From the NCBI GenBank assembly GCA_964019335.1, contig OZ025693.1, forward strand, positions 434,001-498,000: a DNA stretch of 64,000 bases, written 5' to 3'. Both the position numbers and the translations under genes were made by a program. The notes beneath the pieces are model-generated. The model ran no database searches. It saw only the letters and a program-made list of their open reading frames with translations, and was not told the DNA's origin. This stretch comes from Diplonema japonicum. Its lineage: Eukaryota; Protista; Euglenozoa: Diplonemea. Each line of letters starts with the position of its first letter. The first letter of the stretch is position 1. This document shows positions 36,764-49,527 of this stretch, in pieces.

Positions 36764-36983
36764 TTTCGATCGAGTGTAACTTGCAAAGGGGGGTATTGCA
36801 GGGTAAGAATTTGTAATTGTAAGAACAAGAGGAAAAAAAAAACGAAACAAAAAACCTCTGAACCTGAAAGCCTAACTTATTTTTGATCAAAAGAAGATCT
36901 GATTGTGTGTTTATAAGGTCACGAAAAAATAGGGGGGGGGGAGAGGAAAAATAAAAGGACTTTTCTGATCTTCTCTTTCAATA

Positions 36984-39293
36984 CTACTTGCGTGTTCGCT
37001 TGATCGGTTGGTTCTGTGTGTGATACGAAGTAATACATGCAAGCCTCATACCCCCATGTTGTCGATTTCTGTGTTGCCTGAGGCGAACTCGTTGAACTGT
37101 CCCACACGAGAGGTCGCAATGGGCTTGCGGAATGCTTTTTTGGCCGCTGCGTCTTCGGCTTCTCTGAGAGTCATTCCATTATTGCTATGTCTCTCCCTGA
37201 GTTTGGATTTTCTTACCAAGGTAGGCTCGTAGCTGCCTCTGGTGTCCTGGCCCTCGTGCGTGATCTCGTTCAGGTTGGTCGGGTTCTTCATAATCGCAAA
37301 GGACCTTGCCACGTGGCCGAGATGCTGTGTTGATATGATTCCCTTTGCAATGCCATACCATGTTCTTCACGTTGAAGATGTGCATCACGTCCTTCGGGTA
37401 CGTCGAGTAGGCACGCAGGTACGCCTGGTATGCTACAGCGGCCAACCTCCGCAGCTCATAATCATTCGTCGCTGCACGTTCGCAGTAACTGTGCATCCTG
37501 GCCGCCGCTTCTAAAAGGTGGTTTTCCTTAAGGAATTTTGACAGCTGGAACAACATCAGCTCTTGCGTCATCTTATTGAGGTGGATGGACATGGTTTTTG
37601 TGAGGTGGGCAATGTACGGCTCTTCGTGCGTCTGGATGAAGGTCACTGCATCACCCGCCTTGCCAGCACGTGCGGTACGTCCAATGCGATGTGTGTACGA
37701 CTTTCTGTCCAGTGCAGGGTCGTACTGTACCACCCAGTTGATCCCTGGCATGTCTAAGCCTCGCGATGCCACGTCCGTTGCCAACAGGATGCCGTTCGTG
37801 CACCTCTTGAACGACTCGTAGATGCTGGTCCTGTCTATCTGCCCCATGTTTCCGTGCAGCTTGAACAAGTCGCAGCTGATGAAGGGTTCCCACCCTGCTT
37901 CGCCCCCTTCGATGTTCTCATCATCTTCTTCCTCATCTTCATCGCTGAACTCCACATACCCTTCCTCGTCGTCGTGGTCCAGATGCGCATTTGCCTGGTT
38001 CAGCTTCCTCTTCTGCGACCCCTTCTTCATCTTGGCGTCTTTGCGCCGTTCTGCCTTGTCGCTTGCGGACTCCTTCTTCCTCAGAGGGTGCTTCTTCAGG
38101 CTCCGCACAGTGAGGTCCGATATCATCTTGTAGTGGAACTCCACCGAGTCCGCAGACGACATGAAGACAATGATCTTGACGCCCTCCTTCGCCGCCCCTT
38201 GCTGCTTCACGGGGATCAGCACGTACCGCTCCCTCACCGCGGTGGAACGCACAGTGGGGTTAGGTGTCTGGTCGACCTTCCACTTCAGGAACGACAACAA
38301 GCAAACAAGACGGAGTTTTGTTGGGATCAAAGCGTAGTGCTGCGTGAGACAGTCTGGTGTCGCCAGGGGGCCTTGCTCTTGTTCGTCCTCTTCCTCTTCT
38401 TCTTCGGCGTCTCCTTTGTCAGCCTTCAGCTTCTGGTACCTGTCTTCGTCGTCAAGTGTTCCACCCACAATGATGGGGTCTCTCAGGATGAAGTGCGAGA
38501 GCTTCTTGATGCCTTCGTCGAGGGTGGCAGAGACGAGGATGGACTGCTTGAGGGGTGCCTGTTTTTGTGCAAGAAGCTGCTTGATGGTGGTGATGTCGCT
38601 CTCGTAGCCCATGTCCAGGAGACGGTCCGCCTCGTCGAGGACGAGGTACGTCAGTGTCGAGACGTTGAAGGCCTCCGTCGTGCGCAGGTGGTCAAGAAGA
38701 CGGCCCACAGTGGCGATCAGGAAGTGCACGCCTGCACGGAGACGGGCTTTTTCCTTCTTGCGCTGCTCGCCACCCATGACACAGCCACAGACAAGGAAAG
38801 AGATTTTCTGGACAGTCTTCTGGAGCACGCTGTGGCACTGCTCAGCAAGCTCTCTCGTGGGGACCATGATGATGCCCAGCGTGCCGTACGACCTGTCGAT
38901 CCTGTTCGTCTCTGTCCACCGCAGCACCTTCTCGACAAGGGGCAGCATGTACGCCATCGTCTTCCCGCTCCCCGTAGCGCTCTTAATGAGAACGTCCCTG
39001 TCTGCCATGATGGGCGTGAAGGCTTCTGCCTGCACGTTGGTCAGGTGCTTGAAGCCCTGACCCAGAATGCCCTCTTTCAGCCTCCCATTGATCTCTAGTG
39101 TCTCGAACTCCTTCCCGTTGCAGAACAGGCCTGTGTCCGCCTTCACCTCGACTTCATCTTCTTTAACCTCTTCAACTACCTTCTCTTCAACCTTAACAGG
39201 CTCCTCAACCTTAGCAGGCTCTTCAACTTTCTTTGTCACCAGCTGATCAGCAGGGTTGAACCGCCTTAGCTTAGTAGGGTGTTTCGGCGGCAT
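36984..39293 (-). CDS. DBP7: DEAD-box RNA helicase DBP7/DDX31 (60S biogenesis)
   Basis: SATGSGKT, PTREL, GGEQRKKEKARLR, DEAD, SAT, HRIGRTARAG. Introns 37325-37358 (34 nt; NM|HLGHVARSFA) and 37014-37051 (38 nt; MG|NQPIKRTRK*). Possible in-frame 51-nt intron 38202-38252. Confidence 0.9.
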
Positions 39294-41583
39294 AGTGTAG
39301 TGTGCCTACCTCCTGCTTGGGGTGGGGAGGTGGGGGGGTTGAGAAAAAGAAAAAAAGATATGGAAAAAAAGAAAACAGAAAAAAAAAAGGGTATAAAAAA
39401 AAAAGAATAGAAGAAGGGGCGAGAGTGAAACGAGAGGGAGCAAAGGCGGGGCAAAGAAAAAAAAAGGGGGAGGGGAGAAACGGAAGTGGGGGTAAAAAAA
39501 AGAGAGAAGAAACAAGAAATAAAAGAAAATAAAAAAATGGGGAAAGTATTTTGTTTTTTTTTTCCCGCTATTCTTTTTTTTTTCCCCATTATTCACAGGC
39601 TATTCCTTATGTGCGGCCTACTATTGTGACACTTGTACAGCAGGGAGATGCTTCTTCCTCTCCCCGTCTGTCTTCCCCTTCTCTTCCTCCTTCTACCTAC
39701 CACAACAGGAATGCATGCGGAGTTTATTCAGCCAAAGCCAGGGGCTTTTTGTTTTTCTTTTTATTTTTTTCTTGTTATTGGAATAAAAAGAGGAAAAGAA
39801 AGGAGGGGGAAGGTGTGTGTAGAAAGACCAATAAAAAAGAAACCTTTTATTTTTTCTCCTTTTTCATCGGGTTTCTGTACTAATGATACGAATGCCTTGG
39901 GGGGGGGGGGGGGGGGGGGGGGAGCTGATATTTTTGACATATTTCAGTTACTTTTAGGGTTCTCTCAAAAAAGCCGCGCAACACCCCCAGCCCAGCCCAG
40001 CCCAGCGATCCAAAGATCAAAGAGAGGAAACAATCCCTCCCCCTCTCCCCCCCCCCCCCCTTTTTGTCGTTCTCTCTTCTCTTTTTCGGCAGAGGTACTT
40101 TCTCTCCCTTTTTTTTTAAAAAAAGGAAAAAGAGAGCAAGAAGAAATTACAGCTCGCCCAGAAGAAGAGGTGGGGAGAAAAGAAAATACGGAGGTATTTG
40201 TACATGGGTGCCCCTGGGTGCAACCACATTGGCGTGGGAGGTAACTGTCAGAAAGAGAATAAGGGGAAAATGTGGAGGTTAGAAAGTAACTACCATGAAG
40301 AAAACAGGCAGGAAGGAGCGGGAGGACGGGAGGAGCTGAGGAGGACATAACAAACCAAAATTCATAGGCGAAGGGGTCAAAGGGGGGGAGGGGGGGGGGG
40401 GGGGGGGGGGGGGACGGAAAGGGGAAAATTCACGGTGCAATGGCGAAGTGCAGTGAGTGTGAAATCGAAAAAGAAAAAAGGGGGGGGAGGGCGTGGAACG
40501 AGAAAGAAAAAAAAGAAATTCACAGCACTTGAAAGCAAATCGAGAGCCCCCACCTTCGGGGGGCAACTTTTTATTTCTTTCTCTCTTTCTTTTATCGCTA
40601 TGGTCCCGTCCCCCCCCCTCCCCCCCCTCCCCTACCATCTCCTCCTTCTTCGTTCTCTTTTTTTTCCCCCTGATTCTCCCCATTTTAGTACAAAAGAAGA
40701 AGAAAAAGAAGAGAGAAAAAAGGGTGTTGACAGAGCGATGAAGGAGATAAAAATGAATGGAATATGGGGGATAGGAGACAAATCTATTGATACCAAACTG
40801 GTGGGAGGGGAGAAGAAGAAGGAACGAAGGACACTGCGGGGGGGGGGGGGGGAGTAAAGAAATAAAAGGGCAGTGCTGTTTTTAGAATGTTCATTTTAAT
40901 CTTTTTTTTGGGGGGGGAGGAAGAAGAGAAAAAGAAAACAAAAAAGAAAGGGTGTTAAGAAGGCCCACACTCCGTGCAGATGTGTGCAAAGCCCTTGCCT
41001 CCTTCTCGATTCTCTCTCTTTTTCTTTTTTTCCTTTCTTTTATGGTTGGTCACAGAACTAGTGGAAATAAAGAATGTTCGTACGAAAAAGGGGAGGGGGA
41101 AATGGATGAACTTTAAAAAAAAGAGAGACTATCACCCCACTCAGACTCAGTTATCACGAGGACACAAAGAGGGGAAAGGGGCGAATAGACAGAGAAAGAG
41201 AAAAAAAAAAGAGGAGAAAACTCTCTTTTTTTTCCCTGTTGGTTTCCCCCTTTTTTTTTCTTCCAAATTTTCAAACTACTCAATCTAAAGGCTGCTCGAG
41301 AAGGCTCGGTACATCGAGTACCTCCTCATCAGTGCTCTTTTTTTATTATTTTTCTTTTTTTTCTTTTCTCTTTTTTTATCACCGATTAGCAGCTTACTTT
41401 TTTTTTTTTTTTTTTTTCCCTCTTCTTTCTTTTGTTTCTTATGTCCTCCCTTCCACGTGGCAGGGCCCCCCACACCCAAGAGTTCTCAGAAGAGAAGAAA
41501 GGAAACAAATACAACGAAAAGCTAAGGGTGTGGGATAATAGGATTTCTCTGTCTTTTAAAAAAAAATGAGATTTTCTCTGTCA

Positions 41584-41625
<42 letters not shown>

Positions 41626-42268
41626 CGTTCTCTTAAAAAAAGAAAAGGGGCATGAAACATTGCATACATGTACCAGCCTCAACTACAACTTGTGCCATAA
41701 GTGGTTCCCTAACTTACACGGGGTCCCCAAGCAGGCCGCCTCAGCTGCGATAGGGAAAGAGGGAAAGTCCAGATTGCAAATGAAATAATGGACTCGCGGC
41801 GGGTGCGGGATTGGAGAGACGAGAAGAAGAAGAAGAAAAAAAAGGGTCTTACTGGTATTATTATTGCATTTTTTTTTTCTTTTTTTTCTTTCTTAATTTC
41901 GCTCTTCGTCATTTCTTCACTCACTAGGGGCCTCATTATTTAACGCGAAATGCCCATAATTTAACTGGTTATGAGATTTTTGGAGTAAATTATGGGCTTC
42001 AGAGTGAAAAAATGGGTCTTGTCGTGGAAAAAAAATGGACCCAACCCCTTGAATTTTTTTTGGGGGTGGGGCCATCTCGGTGTGTCGTGAAAGTGGGAAC
42101 AAGTGCTTTGCTTCCCCTTAAAATGCCACGGCGAAATAGCTACCCTGTATTACCTTAGGGAAATCCCCAAAACAAGCTGACCCATGCGAGGAAAACAGCA
42201 GTGAAAACAGTGAAGAGTGAGTGACTCAAGTGACGAAGAGTGAAATAAGACGACTTACTTGCCGCCAA

Positions 42269-42306
42269 ATGAGCCATTATTTAACTCGAGTTAAATAATG
42301 ACTCAT
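42269..42306. repeat. 38-bp near-perfect palindrome
   Basis: ATGAGCCATTATTTAACTC|GAGTTAAATAATGACTCAT with 1 mismatch; the related motif CATTATTTAAC also occurs near 41935. Confidence 0.8.
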
Positions 42307-42324
42307 AATTTGTTGGCAATAAAT

Positions 42325-42361
<37 letters not shown>

Positions 42362-42656
42362 CTTCCTTCTTGCTTTAAGGGGAGTGAGGGTGAGGGAGCA
42401 ATTGGTGGTACCTAAAAAAAGGGGGGTTTTATTTGCTTTTTTTTTTTAATTTATTTTTTTAGTTTTTTTTATGGTTTTTTTTTTTTTTTTTTTTTTTTTG
42501 TTTTTTTTTTTTCTTTTTTTTTTTGTTCAAAATAATAAATAAAAAAGTAATAGTACGCTAATTGTACGACAAGATTGGGGGGAAGAAGGAAAACAAAAAG
42601 AAGAGAAGAAGCATTAATATAAAAAAGGGGGGAAGGGGAGAGGGGGGAAAAGAAAA

Positions 42657-44132
42657 TCAAGGATGTTTGGGTACTTTGCTGCGCAAAAGCTGAAGAAGGG
42701 ACCTTCCTTGCTTAAACTGGGCAAGATGAGGAAAGGCGGGTTGCAATGTGGCGGACAGGGCTGCAAACTCCTGAGGGCTTGCCATGCTGACGGCGGTCTG
42801 CACCACGAAGTTGCCAAAGACGTCAATAGAGAGAGCCTGCGAGTGTGCGATAACAACGGACATGACAGCACGCCTCTCAGGCTCTGCGGGCTTCTTCAGC
42901 AACAACTCGACCACGTTGGAGCCCTGCTTGTCCTTGGCCAGCTCCACGATGTGAGGAGTGAGCGCCATGACCAGCCCCTCAGCAGGGCCGTCCAGCGCAG
43001 CCTGCACCACGTAGTTTCCAAAGCCGTGCATTGCAAGCATCCTGGCGTTCACCGCCAGCTCCTCGATGAGCCTCCTCCTCTCCGCACCTTTGCTGTACTT
43101 CATGCACGTCCTTACCCCACATGCTCCGTTCCTGTCTTCTGCAAGCATCTTGATATGTCCGTGCAGTCCTTTGTACAGATGCCTCACATGCTCCTGAGGC
43201 ATCACCTCCACTGCCTTCTGCATTACATAAGTCCCTACCCCGTCCATTGCCAGGTCTGTTATGCAGCATGCCAGCCCTTTGCTCACAGCACGCCAGTGCG
43301 AACTCGAACGGCACTTCAACAGTAAAGCTTGCGCCACACGTGTTCCTGTTTGTGTCTTGGACAGCGCGCCCAGCTCGCCCGAGAGTGCTTCGCACAGGTC
43401 CTTGATCACCCTGTCATCGGTGGCCGCTTTGATGAGGCACTGCACCACGTAGTTGCCGAAAAAGTCGTTCGCCAAGCTCACCATAGAGGGCAGCAGTTGA
43501 TTAGCGATGCTCTGGATGTGTCCTGGTGTGGTGCTCTCGATGACCTTCTGCAGGTCCAGACACCCCGACTTCACCCTTGCCGCGTTCTTCAAGGAACCGT
43601 ATTTCTTAACAAGCTCAGATGTGGTGACCTCGGCAGGCGTGAGCACAGGCGGGCTGTCCACGTCGTGCTGCGCCATCAGCTGCTTCTCAACGTTCTCGAC
43701 GAGAGCCCTTGCCTTGTTCTTGTAGGTCTGGTTGATGATCTTCACGTGGTCCAGCTGACGCTTCAAGACGCTCACCTCGCTTCTGAGGCTGCCTAGCTCG
43801 CTGACCCTTGGGAAGGGGTCGCTGTTCTGCCTCACGAGGGGCTTCTCGTCTCCGTCGCACTGGAAATGGACCTGCCCGCTCTGCACACCGCTGTGCTCTG
43901 CCTGGCTCTTCACCTCCATCTGCGACAGCGGTTCACCTGCCAGCAGAAGGCGGCTTCCTTCAGGCACCTGGTCGAAACGGAGGTCATCGTCATCATCATC
44001 GTCATCGTCGAAGCTATGCATAGGCAGCAGCGCTTCCTTCGGGAAAGGAAGCCATGTGCTGTCTACAGCATCAAACCCCAAGTCGGACCTGATCATCTCT
44101 TCGATCTCAAGGATCTTAGCGTCGCCTTCCAT
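42657..44132 (-). CDS. Pumilio/PUF RNA-binding protein
   Basis: PUF repeats FGNYVVQ, GTRVAQ, GTYVMQK, FGNYVVQ, GSNVVE, FGNFVVQ; probable ATG 44132 (MEGDAK). Confidence 0.9.
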   Translation of the reverse strand: MEGDAKILEIEEMIRSDLGFDAVDSTWLPFPKEALLPMHSFDDDDDDDDDLRFDQVPEGSRLLLAGEPLSQMEVKSQAEHSGVQSGQVHFQCDGDEKPLVRQNSDPFPRVSELGSLRSEVSVLKRQLDHVKIINQTYKNKARALVENVEKQLMAQHDVDSPPVLTPAEVTTSELVKKYGSLKNAARVKSGCLDLQKVIESTTPGHIQSIANQLLPSMVSLANDFFGNYVVQCLIKAATDDRVIKDLCEALSGELGALSKTQTGTRVAQALLLKCRSSSHWRAVSKGLACCITDLAMDGVGTYVMQKAVEVMPQEHVRHLYKGLHGHIKMLAEDRNGACGVRTCMKYSKGAERRRLIEELAVNARMLAMHGFGNYVVQAALDGPAEGLVMALTPHIVELAKDKQGSNVVELLLKKPAEPERRAVMSVVIAHSQALSIDVFGNFVVQTAVSMASPQEFAALSATLQPAFPHLAQFKQGRSLLQLLRSKVPKHP

Positions 44133-45739
44133 TTTGATATGTCTGTCCTTGTATTCTGTGGTACTGGTGAAGGGAGCAGGATAATACAAAACAAACAAAC
44201 AAGCAAACAAACAGTAGCATGGTTTTTTTTTTGGGGGGGGAGAACAAGAGTTGTTAAAGGGTTTCTTCAAAAAAAGCACGAAGAATAAAAGAGAAACTTG
44301 ATAATTTATGTACAAGACAAAGGAAGCTAGTGTCGGTGGCGCCCCTGTACAACTTGATTACAGGGGGCGCCAGATGAATGAGATGCAACTTCAGGTACTG
44401 AGATTCTGAGCTTTGGTAATACGTTCTTCTGCCTTTGATCGATTGTTAAATAGATTCTGAGCTTGTGCTGCCTTGTTTAAAAAAAAGGTTTATCCCTCAA
44501 GAATCTTTTTTGTTTGATATTCTACGGGTGAATTTGACATAGGGATAGCTAAAACCTAGCAAAAGAAAAAAGGTAAAATCACCCTTAAATCGATCCCCTA
44601 GAAATAGGGGTCCGAACCATGGTTTCCTAATCAAAAAATTTTTTTACTTCACCCTTTGTCATTTGCTTCATGCTGCTTGCCAATTTATCTGTTGCATACA
44701 ACAACAGTGTTGTTATGAGAAATTTACTGCGGGAAACGCGGGAAACGTGGGAAATGCGGGAAACGCGGGAAATGCGGGATAAAAAAAAATTTTTTTTTTG
44801 GGACCACCCACCCACATAGCAGCCTCAAAATGGACTTTTTTCACTTTTTTTGGCAAAAAAAGATGTCTTTGAAGGGAACCTGCAGTATGTGACAGGATCG
44901 CCTAACGACAATCAACTCATCTAGTGTTTGATCCCTTCTGTCGTGGTAGTGCCTTAGGCCCGTCGTGGTAGTGCCTTAGGCCCGCCGTGGTAGTGCCTTA
45001 GGCCCGTCGTAGTATCTCATCAGCAGCTTGGGCGTGAAACCGACTAGCGAGTTGTTGAGGATGCAATGAGTTCGCAGTTGCTCCTCTAGGATCGGGTGGG
45101 TTGCCTTTGGGGACGCGAAGACTGGACGAGTGGAGTATCCAATGATGGAATGGCTGTGGAGCCCCAGGGTACGCAGTGAGTGTACTGACTTCTTAGTTCT
45201 GCTGGAATCAGGTGTTCCCACTTCCTGTTCTGTGTGCCCTGTCCAGGCAGTGTTGGTCAGTCCCGTCCCGTCCCCTAAAACGGAATACGGGCCTGGACGG
45301 GACTCACGGGACGGGACTCACGGGACTCTCTATTTTTGATAGTTTTGCAACTTTTTTTTTTTTTTTTTTTTTTTTCCCTTTGGAAAAAAAAAAAAAAAAT
45401 GGGGAAAAAAAAAAGAGAAAAAAATCCTTGATTTTTTTTGACATACATGATGTGTTTACTTTTTTTTTTTTCCCCTTCTTTTTTTCTTGTCTTCTCACAT
45501 TTTTTCACACACCTAAGCCAAGCTGTTGTTTCTGCTTTCCACATCAAATGTTGTATTTGGATGTAATAGAAAAGGGGGGAAATAATAAATAATATGTATA
45601 AGAGGAGGGTGTGTATGTTTATACAACCTGTGTAAACAGATCGGTTCCTTGCTTTCAGCGCCGTGCCCCTGATGTGTGCGATGTACAGCTCAACCCCTGC
45701 ATCGCACTGCCTGTTTGTTGCACATATTTTCATGTTATC

Positions 45740-46300
45740 CCCCCCCCCACCTGAAAATAATATATAGGAGATAAATATATGAGTTAAAGGAGGCTGGTGT
45801 TGGCAGCACCCTGCACAAGAACTGTCTACTTGATTACAGGGGGCGCACCGCAGCCGAGTTGTAGCTTCTTCTGCGTTCTGCATCGTTTCCTTAATCACCG
45901 TGGCCGGGATGTAGCTTCTTCTGCGTTCCACATCATGCCCTTAATCACTGCAGCCAGGTTGTAACTTCTTGCATTCCGTGTCATTTCCTTAACCACCACA
46001 GCCGGGTTGTAGCTTCTTCTGCATTCTGCATCGTGTCCTTAATCACCACAACCGAGTTGTAGCTTTTTGTGTTCCGTGTCATTTCCTTAATCACGATGGC
46101 CGGATGGCTGGGTTGTAGCTTCTTCTGCGTTCTGTGTCGTGTCCTTAATGTGTGTGGTGTTCAGCTCAACCCCAGCCAGGGTGTCCTGGGTAACCAAGAT
46201 TCTGTGCTCATGTGGTTTGCTCAGTGATGACTGATGAGGAGGTCAACAGTGAACAACACATCCGATGTTTTTCTTATATTTTCATGTTATCCCCACCACC
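45740..46300 (-). repeat. R1-derived composite with ~6 tandem ~50-bp units; left arm of an inverted repeat
   Basis: Unit starts at 45861, 45911, 45961, 46009, 46059, 46115; 45740-46204 is the reverse complement of 49063-49527. Confidence 0.85.
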
Positions 46301-46660
46301 TGAAAAAGAAGATAAAAGTTTTTTTTTTTTTTTTTTTTTTTTCCTACCAACAGTCAGCACCCCCATGCACACTGAAATTTTATTTTTTTTCTTTTTTTTT
46401 TTTTTTTGTATATTGTGCACCAGGAGGTGCACATTGTGACACCTGCTTTTCCCTGTGCAGCATAGTGGTACATGTTATAAAACACGTGCCGTGTTGTGCA
46501 CCCTGTGTTGCATACATCATGTAGAACATCAGGTATGCGAAATATGGTGTAAAATATGTCACAACACACCACATGGTGTGGTCGAAAATTTGCGGTGTTG
46601 GGGTGGTTTGTGGGCCAGACCCTCAGACCACCAGTCTGGCCAACACTGCCCATCCCTTTT

Positions 46661-46705
<45 letters not shown>

Positions 46706-46771
46706 ATTGTACTTTTCTTGCAAAGGCCTCTTTTTAATATTTTTTTCAAAGCAGGTCTCCAAACCCCCTGA

Positions 46772-46819
<48 letters not shown>

Positions 46820-47261
46820 TAGCCACAACAAGGTAGTATGAGCCTTGCCTCACATCCCACCGAAACCTAGGACCTCTTATTTTGAACTTTTGAAACCAAA
46901 AGTACCAAAAAAATGCAAGCCCCAGCCTAAATTTGGGTCTTTGTGACACAAAAAACACAAAGAATTTTTTTGGTCCCAAGAGTCCCCTGAGTCCCCTCCA
47001 GACCCCTGAAAATTTCAGGGGACTCCTGTCCTGTCCCTTGGAGTCCCCTGAGTCCCTCAAGGGTCTGGACCAACACTGCCCATGCTTGTGATACCAAATG
47101 AGGGGTTTTGGTTCTAATAGGTTTCCCGGTTGGAATGGTCTTTTCCAGAAGTGTAGATTATCATATCTGACCTGCTTCTCAGCATGCAGGCTCTTGAGTT
47201 TCCCCACAATTTCCACAAACATCAGGTGTAGTTCTTGACACTTGTCAGGCTTATGTCCATA

Positions 47262-47520
47262 TCAGAGGTAATAATACTGTGTAGATGGGTGCAGCTTGGC
47301 CAGCTGACATGGTCTTGCACCAGCCGAATGTGGTCTGCAGTCAGCATACACTGGGCATTGCCAGATCATATACTGTAGTAGGGAGCTGGTCCTGTTCCCA
47401 ATGTTATATGGTGTGCCACACCCCAGGCATTTCGTATGTGAGCTGTTCATGTCACTGTAAGCTCTGGGGTGTAGGGGAAGTATTGTGCCCACAATGGCAC
47501 AAAGTATCCTCCTTGCTTTC
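47262..47520 (-). pseudogene. Decayed non-LTR retroelement C-terminal zinc-knuckle fragment
   Basis: KCLGCG...MIWQCP (CxxC...xxWxCP); strongly CpG-depleted. Confidence 0.35.
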
Positions 47521-49062
47521 TGTCATCACCTTGTTGTGGCAGTGTTGTTACAGGAAAAAACCCAGGGGGTGGGGGGGTGGGGGAGCTGGGGGGGTGAGGG
47601 GGCAAAAAAAATTTTTTTTTCTAGGGACCCTCACACATTTAGCACCCTCAAAACAGACTTTTTTGGAAATTTTTGGCCAAAAAAAAAAATTTTTTTTTCC
47701 CAGCCCCAAACTTGGGGTCACTTTGGCCATTTTTGACCCCAAAATTTTTTTTCTGGAAAAAGCCAGAAATCATGAAATTTATATTAAAAACACCTTAAAA
47801 ACCCATTTCTGCAAACCAAAAAGTTCAGAAAGGTGTTTAGGTGGAATACACATCTCTAAACTATATTCTGAAGTAAAAAGTAAGTAAAAATCCGAAAATC
47901 TCAGGGGGGCAACTCATCCTCATGACAACACTGGGCAAAAAATATTTTTTTTTTGAACACCCAATTTTGTCCCAAAAAGGAATTCTGAACAGCCAATGGA
48001 AAGTTTTGACCCCACTTAGACTGAAAATTTTTCTTCAAAAATCACTTTAGGAATTTTCCTTAGAATCTAAATGGCCACCTGAAAATCACAAAATCAAGCT
48101 TCATTTTAGAATGGTATTTTTGGAATTTTGGCCTAATTTTGGGTGATGATAAGCAAAATTCCTTGAAGTAGGTTTCCCAGCTGTGGTTACCTAATCAATT
48201 TTTTTTTTCCTTCAAGGAATCAACTTTCTTCCAAAAATTTAAGATTCATATCATTCTAGCACCTTGTAACTCACTTTTCAGGAAACACACATTTTCACAC
48301 ATTTGAATTTATTCTTTAGTTTTTTCTGAACCTATTTAATTTTTAAACCTAATAAAGAAAGAGTAAATCCTCCTATTCAAAACTTTTTAGTCCTAGTGTT
48401 GCCAAAATGGGTTGAAAATTAAAGTACCCAGCTGTGGTTACTTAATCAAAAAAGAATTTAATAGCCCATTTAACCTGTGTATTCAAACCTTTTACCCTTA
48501 CTTGTTGGTTTTTTTTGTGGAATTTATTTCATTCTTTTGGTTCCTTGCCCAGTGATAGCAGTTGGTCTTTCCTCTTGGCTGCAATCTCCTTCACCTCCAG
48601 TGCCTTGCCAACAATAACAGTGTCAGTGGTGGCACCTTCTTCACCTCAATCCTGGGACCTTTCAACCCCAATATTGCCCCATTCCACCCAAGGTAGGCTA
48701 TCAGGTAGTCTTTTCTGACAGATTTGCTGGTGCTATTGGGGTGTCTTGTTGGGTTAGGTTATTTTTTAAAACAACCTGCCAATAAAGTACAGTAAAAACA
48801 GGGGGGGTGTAAATACAAAGAATGAGAAGGGTAAGTCATAAGGAGAGAAAACCAACAGATAGACCATTACTAGGCCTGAGAAAGGTACCCTTATGGAAAA
48901 AAATCAATTTTTCTGAGGTAAAAAACCACTTTTCAGGGTTTTTGACCACTTGTTCATGTGAAAAAAAAATTTTCCAGACTGGCTTTTAACTCATATATAT
49001 ATCATTCCAAGTTCCAACTTTCAGTTGGCAGAAGGGAATGGAACAACCCAATCCTGCACAAG

Positions 49063-49527
49063 CAGAATCTTGGTTACCCAGGACACCCTGGCTGGGGTTG
49101 AGCTGAACACCACACACATTAAGGACACGACACAGAATGCAGAAGAAGCTACAACCCAGCCATCCGGCCATCGTGATTAAGGAAATGACACGGAACACAA
49201 AAAGCTACAACTCGGTTGTGGTGATTAAGGACACGATGCAGAATGCAGAAGAAGCTACAACCCGGCTGTGGTGGTTAAGGAAATGACACGGAATGCAAGA
49301 AGTTACAACCTGGCTGCAGTGATTAAGGGCATGATGTGGAACGCAGAAGAAGCTACATCCCAGCCACAGTGATTAAGGAAACAATGCAGAATGCAGAAGA
49401 AGCTACAACTCGGCTGCAGTGTGCCCCCTGTAATCAAGTAGACAGTTCTTGTGCAGGGTGCTGCCAACACCAGCCTCCTTTAACTCATATATTTATCTCC
49501 TATATATTATTTTCAGGTGGGGGGGGG
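49063..49527 (+). repeat. Right arm of the 465-bp inverted repeat (R1 composite)
   Basis: Matches the reverse complement of 45740-46204 apart from 7 substitutions. Confidence 0.9.

Noticed and set aside
11282-39098. Long + strand ORFs opposite real genes (e.g. 11282-12541, 14468-15478, 37854-39098)
   Set aside because: Antisense shadows caused by GC-rich codon usage; no motifs.
39300-42650. Many short Phe/Lys/Gly/Pro-rich ORFs here and in other intergenic tracts
   Set aside because: Products of A/T/G/C homopolymer runs in UTR or intergenic DNA.
45845-46150. CRISPR-like appearance of the ~50-bp periodic arrays (also ~51245-51495)
   Set aside because: Whole units are homologous, with no unique spacers and no cas genes; the context is eukaryotic.
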